A stretch of DNA of 64,000 nt from Betaproteobacteria bacterium (GCA_025363435.1 JANYDY010000016.1:17318-81317); one strand, 5' to 3'. Positions 31,262 to 42,309 are shown, counted from the first letter of the stretch. The notes: generated by a model from the letters alone, not told the origin. Translations and numbers: made by a program.

Positions 31262-34200
31262 CTAGCCGTAGAGAACCTTGACGTTGTCTTCGGAGAGCCA
31301 CGCGCCGAGCGACTGCATCAGGTTGTCGTTGAGATTGATGCGCCAGTCGTCGCCCAACTGGATTTCGCAGCTCGCGGACTGATTGTGATAAACCAGCGTG
31401 ACCGGGCAGTTGCCGTTGCGGTACGGCGAAAGCAATTCTCTCAATTTGGATGCCGATGACTGGCCGTTACAGGTCAAACGCACACCGCGTGCAAATTTGG
31501 CGCGCGCCGCTTCGAGATCGTAGATTTTTTCGGCGGTGATGCGGGTGAAGGTCTCGCCCTCGTCGCCGCGCGTGATATTGCGCACTTTGACTTCCATCAC
31601 CAGCACCGCATCATCGACGACGATTTTACGGTACTGGTCGAAATTTTCGCCGTAGACCACGATCTCCTGCGTCGCGTTGCCGTCGGAAAGCGCGATGATC
31701 ACCATGCGCGATGTCGCCGTTTTCATGAAACGCACCGACTCGACCACACCGGCGATCATCTGCACGGGCGCGCTGTTGCCGTAACCCTGCGACGGTTGCA
31801 GACGATCGAGCGTGGTGCGCACAAACTGGCCGACCTCGTCTTTGTAGGCCGAAAACGGATGGCCTGACAGATAAAAACCCAGCGCGGTTTTTTCTTCGCG
31901 CAAAAACACGCGTCGATCCCACGGCGCCGCTTCGATCAGTTTCGGCCGCACCTGCGCGGATTCGTCAGCGCCGCCGAACAGGCTGACCTGCTGCGCATTG
32001 CGTTCGTTCTGCTCCGCTGCGCCCAGCGCGATGCCAACCGAGGCCAGCAGCCGCGCACGGTTATCGTCGATGGCGTCGAAGGCGCCGGCACGGATCAGCG
32101 CTTCAACCACGCGCCGGTTGACCAGACGCTTGTCGACACGTTCGCAGAAATCGAAGAGGTCGCGGAAAGCGCCGTCTTTCTCACGCGCGGCGACGATCGA
32201 ATTGATCGCCGACTCGCCGCCACCCTTCACCGCCCCAAGACCATAACGAATGGTTTTGACGTCGATCGGCACGAAACGGTATTCGCCGCTGTTGATATCG
32301 GGCGGCAGAATGTGCAAACGATTGGCCAGCGAGTCTTCGAAGAATTGCTTGACCTTGTCGGTGTCGTCCATCATTGCCGACAAGTTGGCCGCCATGAAGG
32401 CGGCCGGATGGTGCGCTTTATAGAAAGCGGTCTGAAACGCCACCAGCGCGTACGCCGCGGCGTGCGACTTGTTGAAACCGTAACCGGCAAACTTTTCCAT
32501 CAGGTCGAACAGTTCGTCGGCCTTGCCCTGCTTGAGTCCGTTTTTTCCCGCGCCCTCCTGGAAAATGGCGCGCTGCTCGGCCATCTCCTCGGCCTTTTTC
32601 TTGCCCATCGCGCGGCGCAACAGATCGGCGCCGCCGAGACTGTAGCCGCCGAGAATCTGCGCCATCTGCATGACCTGTTCCTGATAGACCATGATGCCGT
32701 AGGTCTCAGCGAGAATCGATTCGACGCGCGGTTCCGGATAATCGAAACGCTTGCCGTGTTTACGCGCGATGAAATCCGGAATCAGATCCATCGGGCCCGG
32801 ACGGTAAAGCGCAACGAGCGCAATAATGTCCTCGAAGCGATCGGGCCGCGCCTGCTTCAACATGTCGCGCATGCCGCGCGATTCAAACTGGAACACCGCC
32901 GTCGTGTTCGCCGTCGAGAATATTTTGTACGACTCGACATCATCGAGCGGCAGCATTTCGAGCGGCGTGTCGTATGACGGATCGAGCCGCTTGATGTAGC
33001 GCAGCGTCCAGTCGAGTATCGTCAGTGTGGTAAGCCCGAGAAAGTCGAACTTGACCAGCCCCGCCGCCTCGACGTCGTCCTTGTCGAACTGACTGACCGC
33101 GCTGCTTGAACCTTCAGCCATGTAGAGAGGGCAGAATTCAGTCAGCTTGCCCGGCGCAATCAGCACACCGCCCGCGTGCATGCCGACGTTGCGCGTCAAA
33201 CCTTCAAGCTGGCCACCGAGTTCCAGCAGGCGCGCCACTTCTTCCTCGTTTTTTTCGCGCTCGCGCAACTGCGGTTCCATGTCACGCGCCATTTCAAGCG
33301 TAATCAGTTTGCCCGGCTGAAACGGAATCAGTTTGGCAATCTGGTCGCAGAAGGTATAACCGAGATCGAGCACGCGACCGACGTCGCGCACCACCGCCTT
33401 GGCAGCCATGGTGCCGAAGGTCGCGATCTGCGAGACGCTGTCAGCGCCGTATTTCTGCCGCACGTAATCGATCACGCGGTCGCGGCCGTCCTGACAGAAA
33501 TCGATGTCGAAGTCGGGCATCGAGACGCGTTCGGGATTGAGGAAGCGCTCGAACAGCAGCTTGTAGCGCAACGGATCGAGATCGGTAATGCCGAGACTGT
33601 AGGCAACCAGCGAACCGGCCCCCGAACCGCGTCCCGGCCCCACCGGCACGCCGTTGTTCTTCGCCCAATTGATGAAATCGGCGACGATCAGGAAGTAACC
33701 GGGGAAACCCATCTGAATGATGGTCTTGATTTCAAATTCAAGCCGGTCCGCGTATTCGGCAGTGCGCGCCGCACGCGCATCCGCGTCGGGATAGAGCTGC
33801 GCGAGGCGTTCCTGCAAACCTTCATTGGCGCGCTCGCGCAGATAATCATCCAGCGTCTTGCCGGCGGGCACGGGAAACAGCGGCAGGCGGCTCTTACCCA
33901 ATTCAATCGAGAGGTTGCAGCGCCGCGCAATTTCAAACGTATTGGCCAGCGCCTGCGGAATATCGGCGAACAGCTCGGCCATCTCCGCCTGCGTTTTGAA
34001 ATACTGGTCGGGGCTGAAGCTGCGCGGGCGCCGCTGGTCGGCGAGCATTTGCCCTTCAGCGATGCAGACACGCGCTTCGTGTGCAGTGAATTCATCGGGC
34101 TTGATGAACTGCACGGCGTGCGTCGCCGCCACCGGCAGCTTGAGGTCGGAGGCCAGCTGCAGTGTCTGCTGCACACAGTTCTCGACTGCTGCGGCATTAC

Positions 34201-34735
34201 CGGCGAGTTGCGGCAGGCGCTGCAATTCGAGGTAATAACGCTGCGGCAGCACCTTTGCCCAGGCGCGCGCAAACTGCTGCGCCTGTTTTTGATTACCGGC
34301 GGCGAGCGCCATGCCGACGTCGCCATGATGCGCGCCCGACAGCGCAATCAGACCGTCGCCGGCCGCTTCGGCAAACCACTCGCGTTTGATTTCCGGGCGG
34401 CCGCGGTATTGATTGACGCGATAGGCCTGCGTAATCAGTTCGCACAGATTGCGATAGCCGGCGCGCGACTGGCACAGCAGTAAAAGGCGGTGCGGCTTGT
34501 CGCGGTCGGTTTCGTTTTCGATCCAGACGTCGCAACCGATGACGGGCTTGATGCCTTTGCTGCGCGCCGCGAGGTAAAACTTGACCATACCGAACACATT
34601 GGCGAGATCGGTCAGCGCCAGCGCCGGCATGCCATCGGCCGCCGCCGCCGCAACCGCATCATCGATACGCGCGATACCGTCGGTAATCGAGTATTCGCTG
34701 TGTAACCGAAGATGAACGAACGGCGGCGTGGACAT
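31262..34735 (-). CDS. dnaE: DNA polymerase III alpha subunit
   Basis: HLRLHSEYS PHP domain, GRGSGAGS, PDFDIDF, YGFNKSH; normal length (1157 aa). Confidence 0.98.
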   Translation of the reverse strand: MSTPPFVHLRLHSEYSITDGIARIDDAVAAAAADGMPALALTDLANVFGMVKFYLAARSKGIKPVIGCDVWIENETDRDKPHRLLLLCQSRAGYRNLCELITQAYRVNQYRGRPEIKREWFAEAAGDGLIALSGAHHGDVGMALAAGNQKQAQQFARAWAKVLPQRYYLELQRLPQLAGNAAAVENCVQQTLQLASDLKLPVAATHAVQFIKPDEFTAHEARVCIAEGQMLADQRRPRSFSPDQYFKTQAEMAELFADIPQALANTFEIARRCNLSIELGKSRLPLFPVPAGKTLDDYLRERANEGLQERLAQLYPDADARAARTAEYADRLEFEIKTIIQMGFPGYFLIVADFINWAKNNGVPVGPGRGSGAGSLVAYSLGITDLDPLRYKLLFERFLNPERVSMPDFDIDFCQDGRDRVIDYVRQKYGADSVSQIATFGTMAAKAVVRDVGRVLDLGYTFCDQIAKLIPFQPGKLITLEMARDMEPQLREREKNEEEVARLLELGGQLEGLTRNVGMHAGGVLIAPGKLTEFCPLYMAEGSSSAVSQFDKDDVEAAGLVKFDFLGLTTLTILDWTLRYIKRLDPSYDTPLEMLPLDDVESYKIFSTANTTAVFQFESRGMRDMLKQARPDRFEDIIALVALYRPGPMDLIPDFIARKHGKRFDYPEPRVESILAETYGIMVYQEQVMQMAQILGGYSLGGADLLRRAMGKKKAEEMAEQRAIFQEGAGKNGLKQGKADELFDLMEKFAGYGFNKSHAAAYALVAFQTAFYKAHHPAAFMAANLSAMMDDTDKVKQFFEDSLANRLHILPPDINSGEYRFVPIDVKTIRYGLGAVKGGGESAINSIVAAREKDGAFRDLFDFCERVDKRLVNRRVVEALIRAGAFDAIDDNRARLLASVGIALGAAEQNERNAQQVSLFGGADESAQVRPKLIEAAPWDRRVFLREEKTALGFYLSGHPFSAYKDEVGQFVRTTLDRLQPSQGYGNSAPVQMIAGVVESVRFMKTATSRMVIIALSDGNATQEIVVYGENFDQYRKIVVDDAVLVMEVKVRNITRGDEGETFTRITAEKIYDLEAARAKFARGVRLTCNGQSSASKLRELLSPYRNGNCPVTLVYHNQSASCEIQLGDDWRINLNDNLMQSLGAWLSEDNVKVLYG

Positions 34736-34966
34736 GCGGCCATTTTAGCTTGTCCGTCGCAACTTGAGTACGCCGGCGGCGCGTCGTACAAGTGCCTGAT
34801 TGGTCAACGACTGTTATCGCAGCGCGTTAATGTTCAGACCGGCAGCGCGCTGCGCCGTGCCAGCGGCGGCCACCGGCTTGACAGGTTTGCTGTTCACGCT
34901 CAGATTCCAATATTCCCCGGCGACGGCAACGGGTCACCGGCAAACTGACGACTGGAGTCATCTACC

Positions 34967-35416
34967 ATGCGCACCATGCGGCTCGCACTCATCCTCCTGC
35001 TCCCGGCGTTCTGCGCGGGCGCGCAGGCGCAGGCCATTTATCGTTCCGTGATGCCGGACGGCAAGATCGTCTTCGGCGACAAGCCCGCCCCCGGCGCCAA
35101 GGAATCAAAACCCGTCGTGCTGCGCCCGTCGAATGTTGCCACGCCGGGGCCGACTTCCGGCACCGGCGCCACGCCACGCCAGCAGACGCTCGACGGCGCC
35201 AGCAACGACGCCAATGCAGCGCAGCAGAATCTCGAGCGCGCACGTGCTGCGCTTGAAGCGGGGCGTGAACCCGGGCCGGACGAACGTATCGGCACCAAAT
35301 CCGGCACGCGCACCACTGAAGGCTACGACACGCGCGTCAAAGGGCTCGAACAGGAAGTTTCCAACGCGCAAAAACAGCTCGAAGAAGCGCAATCGAAGCG
35401 CAACGACGCGCGCTGA
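34967..35416 (+). CDS. Secreted DUF4124-like protein
   Basis: Signal peptide, IYRSVMPDGKIVFGDKP, C-terminal coiled coil. Confidence 0.8.
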   Translation: MRTMRLALILLLPAFCAGAQAQAIYRSVMPDGKIVFGDKPAPGAKESKPVVLRPSNVATPGPTSGTGATPRQQTLDGASNDANAAQQNLERARAALEAGREPGPDERIGTKSGTRTTEGYDTRVKGLEQEVSNAQKQLEEAQSKRNDAR

Positions 35417-35573
35417 ACAAAAACGCTGCGGCGCAAGGCGCGCCGCCATTTAATTCACACAGAATTCGTATCGGCGCCGGCTTGTTCAGTCGCACGCTGA
35501 CGCGCCACGCATACAAAAATTGCGCAGTCGCAATTTCTGCATCTGACTCCAGAATCCCGAACCGGCTCTGCGC

Positions 35574-36485
35574 ATGAAATTTTCATCTCCCCATCACCGC
35601 ACTGTGCCCGCGATGTGCGCCTTGTGGTTCATCTGGTCGTACAACTGGATCGTTGTCAAAGAGGGGCTGCGTTTCGCCGGCCCCTTCGACTATTCGGCGC
35701 TGCGCTGCATTTTCGGCGCCGTCGTCATGTTCGGTGTGCTGAAAATCATGAAAAAGCCATTGGCGCCGCCACCGCTCGGCCGCACCTTCATGCTGGGCCT
35801 TTTCCAGACCACCGGATTCCTGTGCTTCTCAAGCTGGGCGCTGGTCGAAGGCGCCGTCGGCAAATCCGCAGTATTGATTTATACCTTTCCGTTCTGGACG
35901 CTGCTGTTCGCATGGATCGCGCTCGGTGAGCGCATCCGCGGGCTGCAATGGTTCGCCGTCACGCTGGCGGCAGCGGGCCTCACACTGGTGCTCGAGCCAT
36001 GGGATCTTGCCGGTAGCCTGACGAGTCGCATACTCGCCGTGCTCGCCGGCGTAAGCTGGGCCATCAGCACCGTCATCGCCAAAGACTGGCGCAGCCGCGG
36101 CAACTTTGATTTGCTCAGCGTGACCACCTGGCAGATGCTGTTCGGCGGCATCATTTGCTGCGTCATTGCGGCAGCAGTACCATCGCGGGCGATCGAATGG
36201 AACGGTTATTTCATTCTGTTGATCGCAGCCAGCGGCATCGTTGCCACTGCATTGGGCTGGCTGCTGTGACTGTATATTCTCAAGCAGTTGTCGGCCGGCG
36301 TCGCCGGTCTGGGCATGATGGCAGTGCCGGCGTTGGGCGTGCTGTTTTCGCGCCTGCATTACGGCGAAAGCTTCGAGCGCATCGAAATCGCCGGCATGCT
36401 GCTGCTCGGCGCCAGCCTGGTGCTGCTGTCGTGGCTGAACATGCGCGCCCAATCCGCGGCGACGCCGCTGCTGGCGCAGGAGTAA
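35574..36485 (+). pseudogene. EamA/DMT transporter interrupted by an in-frame TGA at 36267-36269
   Basis: ORFs 35574-36269 and 36288-36485 share a frame: LGWLL*LYILKQLSAGVAGLGMM; joined length 303 codons, typical for EamA. Confidence 0.8.
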
Positions 36486-36526
36486 GGGCAGGATTCGGGA
36501 TTCAGTATTGAGGGTTCAGTAAAAAC

Positions 36527-37390
36527 ATGAAACCAAGTACTTCGCAGTTTCACCACATCCGCAATCTGCGTTATCACCTGCGCTGCTGGGGCAATGCGAA
36601 CGCGCCGAAGATTTTCCTGCTGCATGGTTGGATGGATGTTTCGGCGTCGTTTCAGTTTCTGGTCGATAGCTTCGCGCGCGATTGGTGTGTCATCGCGCCG
36701 GACTGGCGTGGCTTCGGCCTCACTGAATGGGCGCGCGACGGCTACTGGTTTCCCGACTACTACGCCGACCTCGATGCAATACTGAATATTTACCAGCCCG
36801 ATGCGCCGGTGAATCTGATCGGCCACAGCATGGGCGGCAACGTCGCCTGCACTTACGCCGGCGTGCGACCGCAGCGCGTGGCAAAACTGATTTCGCTTGA
36901 AGGCTTCGGTGCTTCGCGCACGGCGCCCTCGGAGGCACCGAAGCGTTACGCGCGCTGGCTCGAACAACTGGCTGCGCCGCCGGCATTCAAACCATACGCA
37001 TCGTTCGATGCAGTCGCCGCACGCATGCAAAAAAGCAATCCGCGCCTGACCACGGCGCGCGCGCAATTTCTGGCGCAACACTGGGCGCAGCAAAACGCCG
37101 CCGGTGAAGTCGTGCTGCGCAGCGACCCCGCGCACAAAATCGTCAATCCGGTATTGAGCCGCATCGAAGAACTGCTGGCCTGCTGGCGCCGGACAACCGC
37201 ACCGGTCTTATGGTTACGCGGCGACGCGTCCAGCGCACCCGGATGGCGCAGCGATGACACCTCGCAATTCGACGAGCGCAAAGCGGCGTTTACCCACCTG
37301 ACCGAAAGCGTGATTGCCGATTGCGGCCATATGCTGCACCACGACCAGCCACAGAAAATGGCCTCCGCTATTGAAGATTTCCTGCGTTAG
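36527..37390 (+). CDS. Alpha/beta hydrolase
   Basis: LHGWMD, PDWRGFG, GHSMGG nucleophile elbow, CGHMLHHDQP. Confidence 0.92.
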   Translation: MKPSTSQFHHIRNLRYHLRCWGNANAPKIFLLHGWMDVSASFQFLVDSFARDWCVIAPDWRGFGLTEWARDGYWFPDYYADLDAILNIYQPDAPVNLIGHSMGGNVACTYAGVRPQRVAKLISLEGFGASRTAPSEAPKRYARWLEQLAAPPAFKPYASFDAVAARMQKSNPRLTTARAQFLAQHWAQQNAAGEVVLRSDPAHKIVNPVLSRIEELLACWRRTTAPVLWLRGDASSAPGWRSDDTSQFDERKAAFTHLTESVIADCGHMLHHDQPQKMASAIEDFLR

Positions 37391-37525
37391 ATCAAATATA
37401 TTTGGTTCTGCAGGAAGACTGCATGTAGATTTGGCGGTAGAGTAGATACCGTTTGTAGGTCCGGTTCAAACAGGATCGGCAAAAAGTTCCGTCAACGACG
37501 GACACCCTGACTGGAGGAAGTGAAA

Positions 37526-38500
37526 ATGAAATCGCAACTCTCGCGTCTTGCATTCGCCGGTTTATTGACTGCCGCATCACTTGCCGGCGCGCAGGACTAC
37601 CCAACCAAAGCCGTCAACGTCATCGTGCCGTTCGCCGCCGGCGGACCGACCGACACGCTGGGACGCAATCTCGGCGTCGCACTGACCGCGCCGATGAAAC
37701 AGCAGATCATTATTGAAAACGCCGGCGGTGCCGGCGGCACCATTGGCATCAACAAAGTCGCCAAGGCAAAACCGGACGGCTACACGCTGCTGCTGATGCA
37801 TATCGGCATGTCTACCGCGCCGTCGCTCTATCGCAAGCTGCCGTACGACACCATGAATGATTTCGAATTCATAGGCCAAGTTGCCGACGTGCCAATGACG
37901 CTGATTGCGAAAACCGCATTACCGCCGGATAACCTGAAAGACCTGATCAAGTATGTGCAGGCAAACAAGGCGACCATCAACCTCGCCAATGCCGGCATCG
38001 GCGCGGCCTCGCATCTGTGCGGTCTGTTGTTTACCTCGGCGATCAAGACCGATCTGACCACCATCCCGTTTACTGGCACCGCGCCGGCGATGACCGCGCT
38101 GATGGGCGGCCAGGTTGATCTCATGTGCGATCAGACGACGAACACGACGCAACAAATCAAATCGGGCAAGGTCAAGGTCTACGGCGTCACTACCAAAGCG
38201 CGAGTGGCGTCACTGCAATTCGTGCCGACGCTGAGCGAAGCCGGCCTGCCGAATTTCGAAGTCGCGGTCTGGCACGGTCTCTACGCACCGAAGGGCACGC
38301 CAAAACCGGTCATCGACAAACTGGTTGCATCACTGCAGACCGCGGTGCAGGACGCCACGTTCAAGTCACGCCTCAACGAACTCGGTGCGCAGGTAGTGTC
38401 GAAAGAAAAAGCCACGCCCGACTCGTTGCGCACCCATCTGCAGGCAGAAATCAACAAGTGGGCGCCTATCATCAAGGCGGCCGGGATCTACGCAGACTGA
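37526..38500 (+). CDS. Bug/TctC tripartite tricarboxylate transporter substrate-binding protein
   Basis: VPFAAGGPTD, ENAGGAGGTIG, PDGYTLL, WHGLYAPKGTP; start could be GTG 37520. Confidence 0.93.
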   Translation: MKSQLSRLAFAGLLTAASLAGAQDYPTKAVNVIVPFAAGGPTDTLGRNLGVALTAPMKQQIIIENAGGAGGTIGINKVAKAKPDGYTLLLMHIGMSTAPSLYRKLPYDTMNDFEFIGQVADVPMTLIAKTALPPDNLKDLIKYVQANKATINLANAGIGAASHLCGLLFTSAIKTDLTTIPFTGTAPAMTALMGGQVDLMCDQTTNTTQQIKSGKVKVYGVTTKARVASLQFVPTLSEAGLPNFEVAVWHGLYAPKGTPKPVIDKLVASLQTAVQDATFKSRLNELGAQVVSKEKATPDSLRTHLQAEINKWAPIIKAAGIYAD

Positions 38501-38525
38501 GACGCTGCCTGAAACACCGGCTGCG

Positions 38526-38906
38526 CTAAAGCAGTTCGGTGTCGTCGTGCGCGTAGGCCGGCGCGCATGCGCAGAGTATTTTCAGCTGCACGGCACCGGT
38601 ATTTGAGATGCAATGCGGCGTGCCCGGCGCGATGCAAACGGTGTCGCCGACGCTTACCGCAAACTGTCTGTCGCCAAGCGTCATCAGCCCCGCCCCCGCA
38701 GTGATGTGATAAATCTCTTCGGTCAGGCGATGGCGGTGTAACACCGTTTGCGCGCAGGGTTCGACAATCGCCTCGGCAAAACTCTGATTTTGGTTGCCGT
38801 GCTGCGACGGATGCATCAACTCGCGTATGGTTGAACCGTCTTTGGTGACATAAGCCGCGACCGCGCCATAAGCGGTTTTCATCGCACCGTCCGTCGCGTC
38901 GGTCAT
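38526..38906 (-). CDS. Cupin-domain protein
   Basis: HRHRLTEEIY...PGTPH cupin metal motifs; ATGA overlap with the upstream gene. Confidence 0.88.
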   Translation of the reverse strand: MTDATDGAMKTAYGAVAAYVTKDGSTIRELMHPSQHGNQNQSFAEAIVEPCAQTVLHRHRLTEEIYHITAGAGLMTLGDRQFAVSVGDTVCIAPGTPHCISNTGAVQLKILCACAPAYAHDDTELL

Positions 38907-39778
38907 GAAAGTCCGGCGCGTTCGGCGATGTAATCCGCCAGTGACGCCCAATCCTTGTCGCCGAGACCGCGATTCAACGCCCCCAGATGCTGTTCGCGGA
39001 TAACGCCGGCGAGCGGCAGCGGCACTTGTGTTTCGCCGCCGGCGGCCAGCGCGAGCTCGACGTCTTTCAAACCGAGCCGCAGCGTGAATGACGCATTATC
39101 GAAATTGCGCTCGACCATCAGCTTGCCGTAATTGCGATAAGACGTGCCGGAAAACGAAGTGGTGGTTACCAGTTCGTAAAACGCTTTGACATCAACACCG
39201 GATTTGCGCACCAGCGCGAAAGCCTCGCCCATGCTTTCTACCGCCGCCGCCAGCATGTAGTTGCGCGCGATCTTCACGATATTGGCGGTGGCAGGTTCGT
39301 CGCCGGCAATAAAAACGTGTTTTCCCATTGCAGCGAACAGGGGCTCGCAGCGCATGAGCGCCGCCGGCGCACCGCCGGCAATAATATCGAGCTGCCCCTT
39401 TTCCGCTGCCGCCGGGCGCCCGAACACCGGTGCGGCAACATAATCGCTACCCGCCTCGCGATGCAACTGCGTCAGCCGTTTGGCCATGTGCAAACTCACG
39501 GTCGCCATATTCACATGCAGACTGCCGGCTTGCATGCCCGCAATCAGACCCGGCGCTATGCACATCGACTCAACTGCGGCGTCGTCAGCGAGCATCGAAA
39601 TGATGACTTCAGTGTCGAGCAATTCCAGCGGCGCAGCGGCGACGCGTGCACCGCGTAACTGCAATGGCGCGGCGGCAGCCGCGGTGCGGTTATAGACCAG
39701 CAACTCGTGGCCGCCATCGAGCAACCGGCCCGCCATGCCGCGCCCCATCTGCCCGAGCCCCATGAATCCGACTTTCAT
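38903..39778 (-). CDS. NAD(P)-dependent beta-hydroxyacid dehydrogenase family protein
   Basis: GLGQMGRGMA, YNRT, APVFG, VKIARN, KDVELA. Confidence 0.9.
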   Translation of the reverse strand: MKVGFMGLGQMGRGMAGRLLDGGHELLVYNRTAAAAAPLQLRGARVAAAPLELLDTEVIISMLADDAAVESMCIAPGLIAGMQAGSLHVNMATVSLHMAKRLTQLHREAGSDYVAAPVFGRPAAAEKGQLDIIAGGAPAALMRCEPLFAAMGKHVFIAGDEPATANIVKIARNYMLAAAVESMGEAFALVRKSGVDVKAFYELVTTTSFSGTSYRNYGKLMVERNFDNASFTLRLGLKDVELALAAGGETQVPLPLAGVIREQHLGALNRGLGDKDWASLADYIAERAGLS

Positions 39779-39934
39779 TGCCGCACGCCCCCGCAGGTTT
39801 ATATCGATCAAATGTTAGCACCTCCACTGCTGCATCCGCGCAGGCATCCGCCTCGCGCTGCATCGCTGGACAAGCCCATGTTCCCGCGCTAGATTGACAC
39901 GATTGCCGCCCAGGCCACTCTTCAGGAGACGCAA

Positions 39935-40822
39935 ATGCGCAGATTTATCACTACCATAATCACCGCCGCGCTACTCGGCGGCCCGGTCGCCGCGCAGGAC
40001 CTCGGCGGCACGCTGAAAAAGATCAAGGACACCGGCACCATTACGCTGGGACATCGCGAATCTTCCATCCCCTTTTCCTATCTCGACGACAAGCAGCAGC
40101 CGATCGGCTACGCGCTCGACCTGTGCATGAAAATCGTCGATGCAGTGAAAACCGAGCTGAAAATACCCAATCTCAAAGTCACGCTGCAACCGGTGACCTC
40201 GAGCAACCGTATCCCGCTGCTGCAAAACGGCACTATCGATCTCGAATGCGGCTCAACCACCAATTCGGTGGCGCGCCAGGAGCAGGTGTCGTTCGGGCCG
40301 ACCTATTTCGTCATCAATGTCAGCGCAGCGGTAAAAAAAAGCTCCAGCGTCAACACGATCGCCGACCTCGACGGCAAAACGGTTTCGACAACCTCGGGCA
40401 CTACCTCGGTGCCGCTGATCAAGTCGTATGAGAAAGCCAAGGGCGTAGACGTCAAGGAAATTTACGGTAAGGACCACGCCGAATCATTTCTGCTGCTCGC
40501 CGACGACCGTGCCGCGGCCTTTATCATGGACGACATCCTGCTCGCCGGCCAGATTGCCAATGCGCGCAATCCCGCCGACTATCGCATCCTGCCCGAATCG
40601 CTGCGACAGGAGCCTTACAGCATGATGCTACGCAAAGGTGATGCGCCGTTCAAGGCGCTGGTCGATCGCGCCGTCGGCGCCGTGATGAAATCGGGCGAGA
40701 TCGAAAAAATCTATGCGAAGTGGTTTACCGCACCGATTGCACCAAAAGGCGTCAATCTCAACTTTCCTATGACACCGGTGATACGCGACGCCTTCAAGAA
40801 CCCGAACGACAAGGGCGTCTAA
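39935..40822 (+). CDS. gltI: Glutamate/aspartate-type ABC substrate-binding protein
   Basis: GHRESSIPFSY, NRIPLLQNGTIDLECGSTTN, KDHAESF, MDDILL. Confidence 0.85.
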   Translation: MRRFITTIITAALLGGPVAAQDLGGTLKKIKDTGTITLGHRESSIPFSYLDDKQQPIGYALDLCMKIVDAVKTELKIPNLKVTLQPVTSSNRIPLLQNGTIDLECGSTTNSVARQEQVSFGPTYFVINVSAAVKKSSSVNTIADLDGKTVSTTSGTTSVPLIKSYEKAKGVDVKEIYGKDHAESFLLLADDRAAAFIMDDILLAGQIANARNPADYRILPESLRQEPYSMMLRKGDAPFKALVDRAVGAVMKSGEIEKIYAKWFTAPIAPKGVNLNFPMTPVIRDAFKNPNDKGV

Positions 40823-40839
40823 GCTTTATTTTCCGAATG

Positions 40840-40873
40840 AGCCGGACCGCTGAAAAAACGGTCCGGCTTTTTT
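40840..40873 (+). terminator. Intercistronic hairpin/terminator after gltI
   Basis: 10-bp stem agccggaccg/cggtccggct followed by a T-run. Confidence 0.75.
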
Positions 40874-40886
40874 ATTTCAGGGATCG

Positions 40887-41612
40887 ATGAAACTCGACAT
40901 CTTTCTGCAGCAGGTTCCGGACGGCGACGGCACATGGTGGCAATCGCTGGCCTCCGGTTTGCAGTGGACACTGTTGGTCGCGCTGCTGGCATGGATCATG
41001 GCCTTTGCGCTGGGCTCACTGGTCGGCGTTGCGCGCACCACCGACAAGCGCTGGCTGACACGCCTTGGCGACACCTACGTCGAACTGTTCCGCAATATTC
41101 CGCTGCTGGTGCAGTTTTTTCTCTGGTACTTCGTCGTGCCTGGCCTGATTCCATCGGTCAAGGTCTGGGTCACCACACTTGATCCGACGCAGCATCAACT
41201 CGTCACCGCCATCGTCTGCCTGGGCTTTTTCACCTCGGCGCGCATCGCCGAGCAGGTGCGCTCGGGCATTCAGTCGCTGGCGCGCGGCCAGCGCAATGCC
41301 GGTTACGCCGTCGGCCTGACGCAAGTACAGACCTACCGCTTTGTGCTGCTGCCAATGGCGTATCGCATCATCATTCCGCCGCTGACCTCGGAACTGATGA
41401 ACCTGATCAAGAATACGGCCGTGGCTTACTCGATCGGACTCACCGAACTGTTTTTCCGCACGCGTGAAATGGGCGAAATGACCTTTCGCTATTTCGAAGC
41501 TTTCGCTGCGGCAACGCTGATCTACATCGTCATCTCAATGGCAGCGAATCGCGTCATGGCATTCATCGAGCGCCGCGTCGCCGTGCCCGGCTACATTGCA
41601 GGATCGCACTGA
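40887..41612 (+). CDS. gltJ: Amino-acid ABC permease
   Basis: YVELFRNIPLLVQ, AEQVRSGI. Confidence 0.85.
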   Translation: MKLDIFLQQVPDGDGTWWQSLASGLQWTLLVALLAWIMAFALGSLVGVARTTDKRWLTRLGDTYVELFRNIPLLVQFFLWYFVVPGLIPSVKVWVTTLDPTQHQLVTAIVCLGFFTSARIAEQVRSGIQSLARGQRNAGYAVGLTQVQTYRFVLLPMAYRIIIPPLTSELMNLIKNTAVAYSIGLTELFFRTREMGEMTFRYFEAFAAATLIYIVISMAANRVMAFIERRVAVPGYIAGSH

Positions 41613-42298
41613 TGGGCGACCTTGATTTTGAAATCATTGGCCGCGCCCTGCCCTATCTCGCCGGCGGCCTGCGCTATACGTTTCAGCTGACGCTGGTCGC
41701 TGCTACCGGCGGCGTTATCTTCGGCACCCTGCTCGCCATGGCGCGCCTGTCGTCGTTCAAACCGCTGGCGCTGGCCGCAGCCGGCTACGTCAATCTGATG
41801 CGCTCGATTCCGCTGCTGCTGGTGATTTTCTGGTTTTATTTCATGATGCCGGTGCTGCTGCAATCGCTGACCGGCGCCGAACGGCCGCCGCAGATCGGCG
41901 CCGAACGCTCGGCTTACATTACGTTCGTGATGTTCGAGGCGGCGTTTTTCTGCGAGATCATGCGTGCCGGCATACAGAGCATTGCCAAAGGCCAGGCCGG
42001 TGCCGGTTACGCACTGGGACTCAACTACTGGCAGGTGATGGGGAAAATCGTGCTGCCGCAGGCCTTCCGCAACATGCTGCCCATATTACTGACACAGTCG
42101 ATTATTCTTTTCCAGGACGTCTCGCTGGTCTCGCTGCTCAACGTCACTGACTTCGTCGGCGCCGCCGTCAAGGTCGCGCAGCGCGACAGCCGCGTGGTAG
42201 AGATGTACCTGTTTGTCGCCGTCGTCTATTTCGTGCTGTGCTTCGCGCTGTCGGCAGCAGTCAAGCGCCTGCAGTTACGTATTGCAATTGTCCGGTAA
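41612..42298 (+). CDS. gltK: Amino-acid ABC permease
   Basis: RSIPLLLVIFW, EIMRAGI, LPQAFRN. Confidence 0.85.
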   Translation: MGDLDFEIIGRALPYLAGGLRYTFQLTLVAATGGVIFGTLLAMARLSSFKPLALAAAGYVNLMRSIPLLLVIFWFYFMMPVLLQSLTGAERPPQIGAERSAYITFVMFEAAFFCEIMRAGIQSIAKGQAGAGYALGLNYWQVMGKIVLPQAFRNMLPILLTQSIILFQDVSLVSLLNVTDFVGAAVKVAQRDSRVVEMYLFVAVVYFVLCFALSAAVKRLQLRIAIVR

Positions 42299-42309
42299 CA
42301 TAGGCCTTC

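Noticed and set aside
31262-34735. Intein or insertion in dnaE
   Set aside because: Length and motif spacing are normal.
36267-36269. Alternative genetic code or selenocysteine at the EamA TGA
   Set aside because: Many genes here (trpF, thyA, gltL, oxyR) end properly at TGA; the context predicts Trp, not Cys, and no convincing SECIS was seen.
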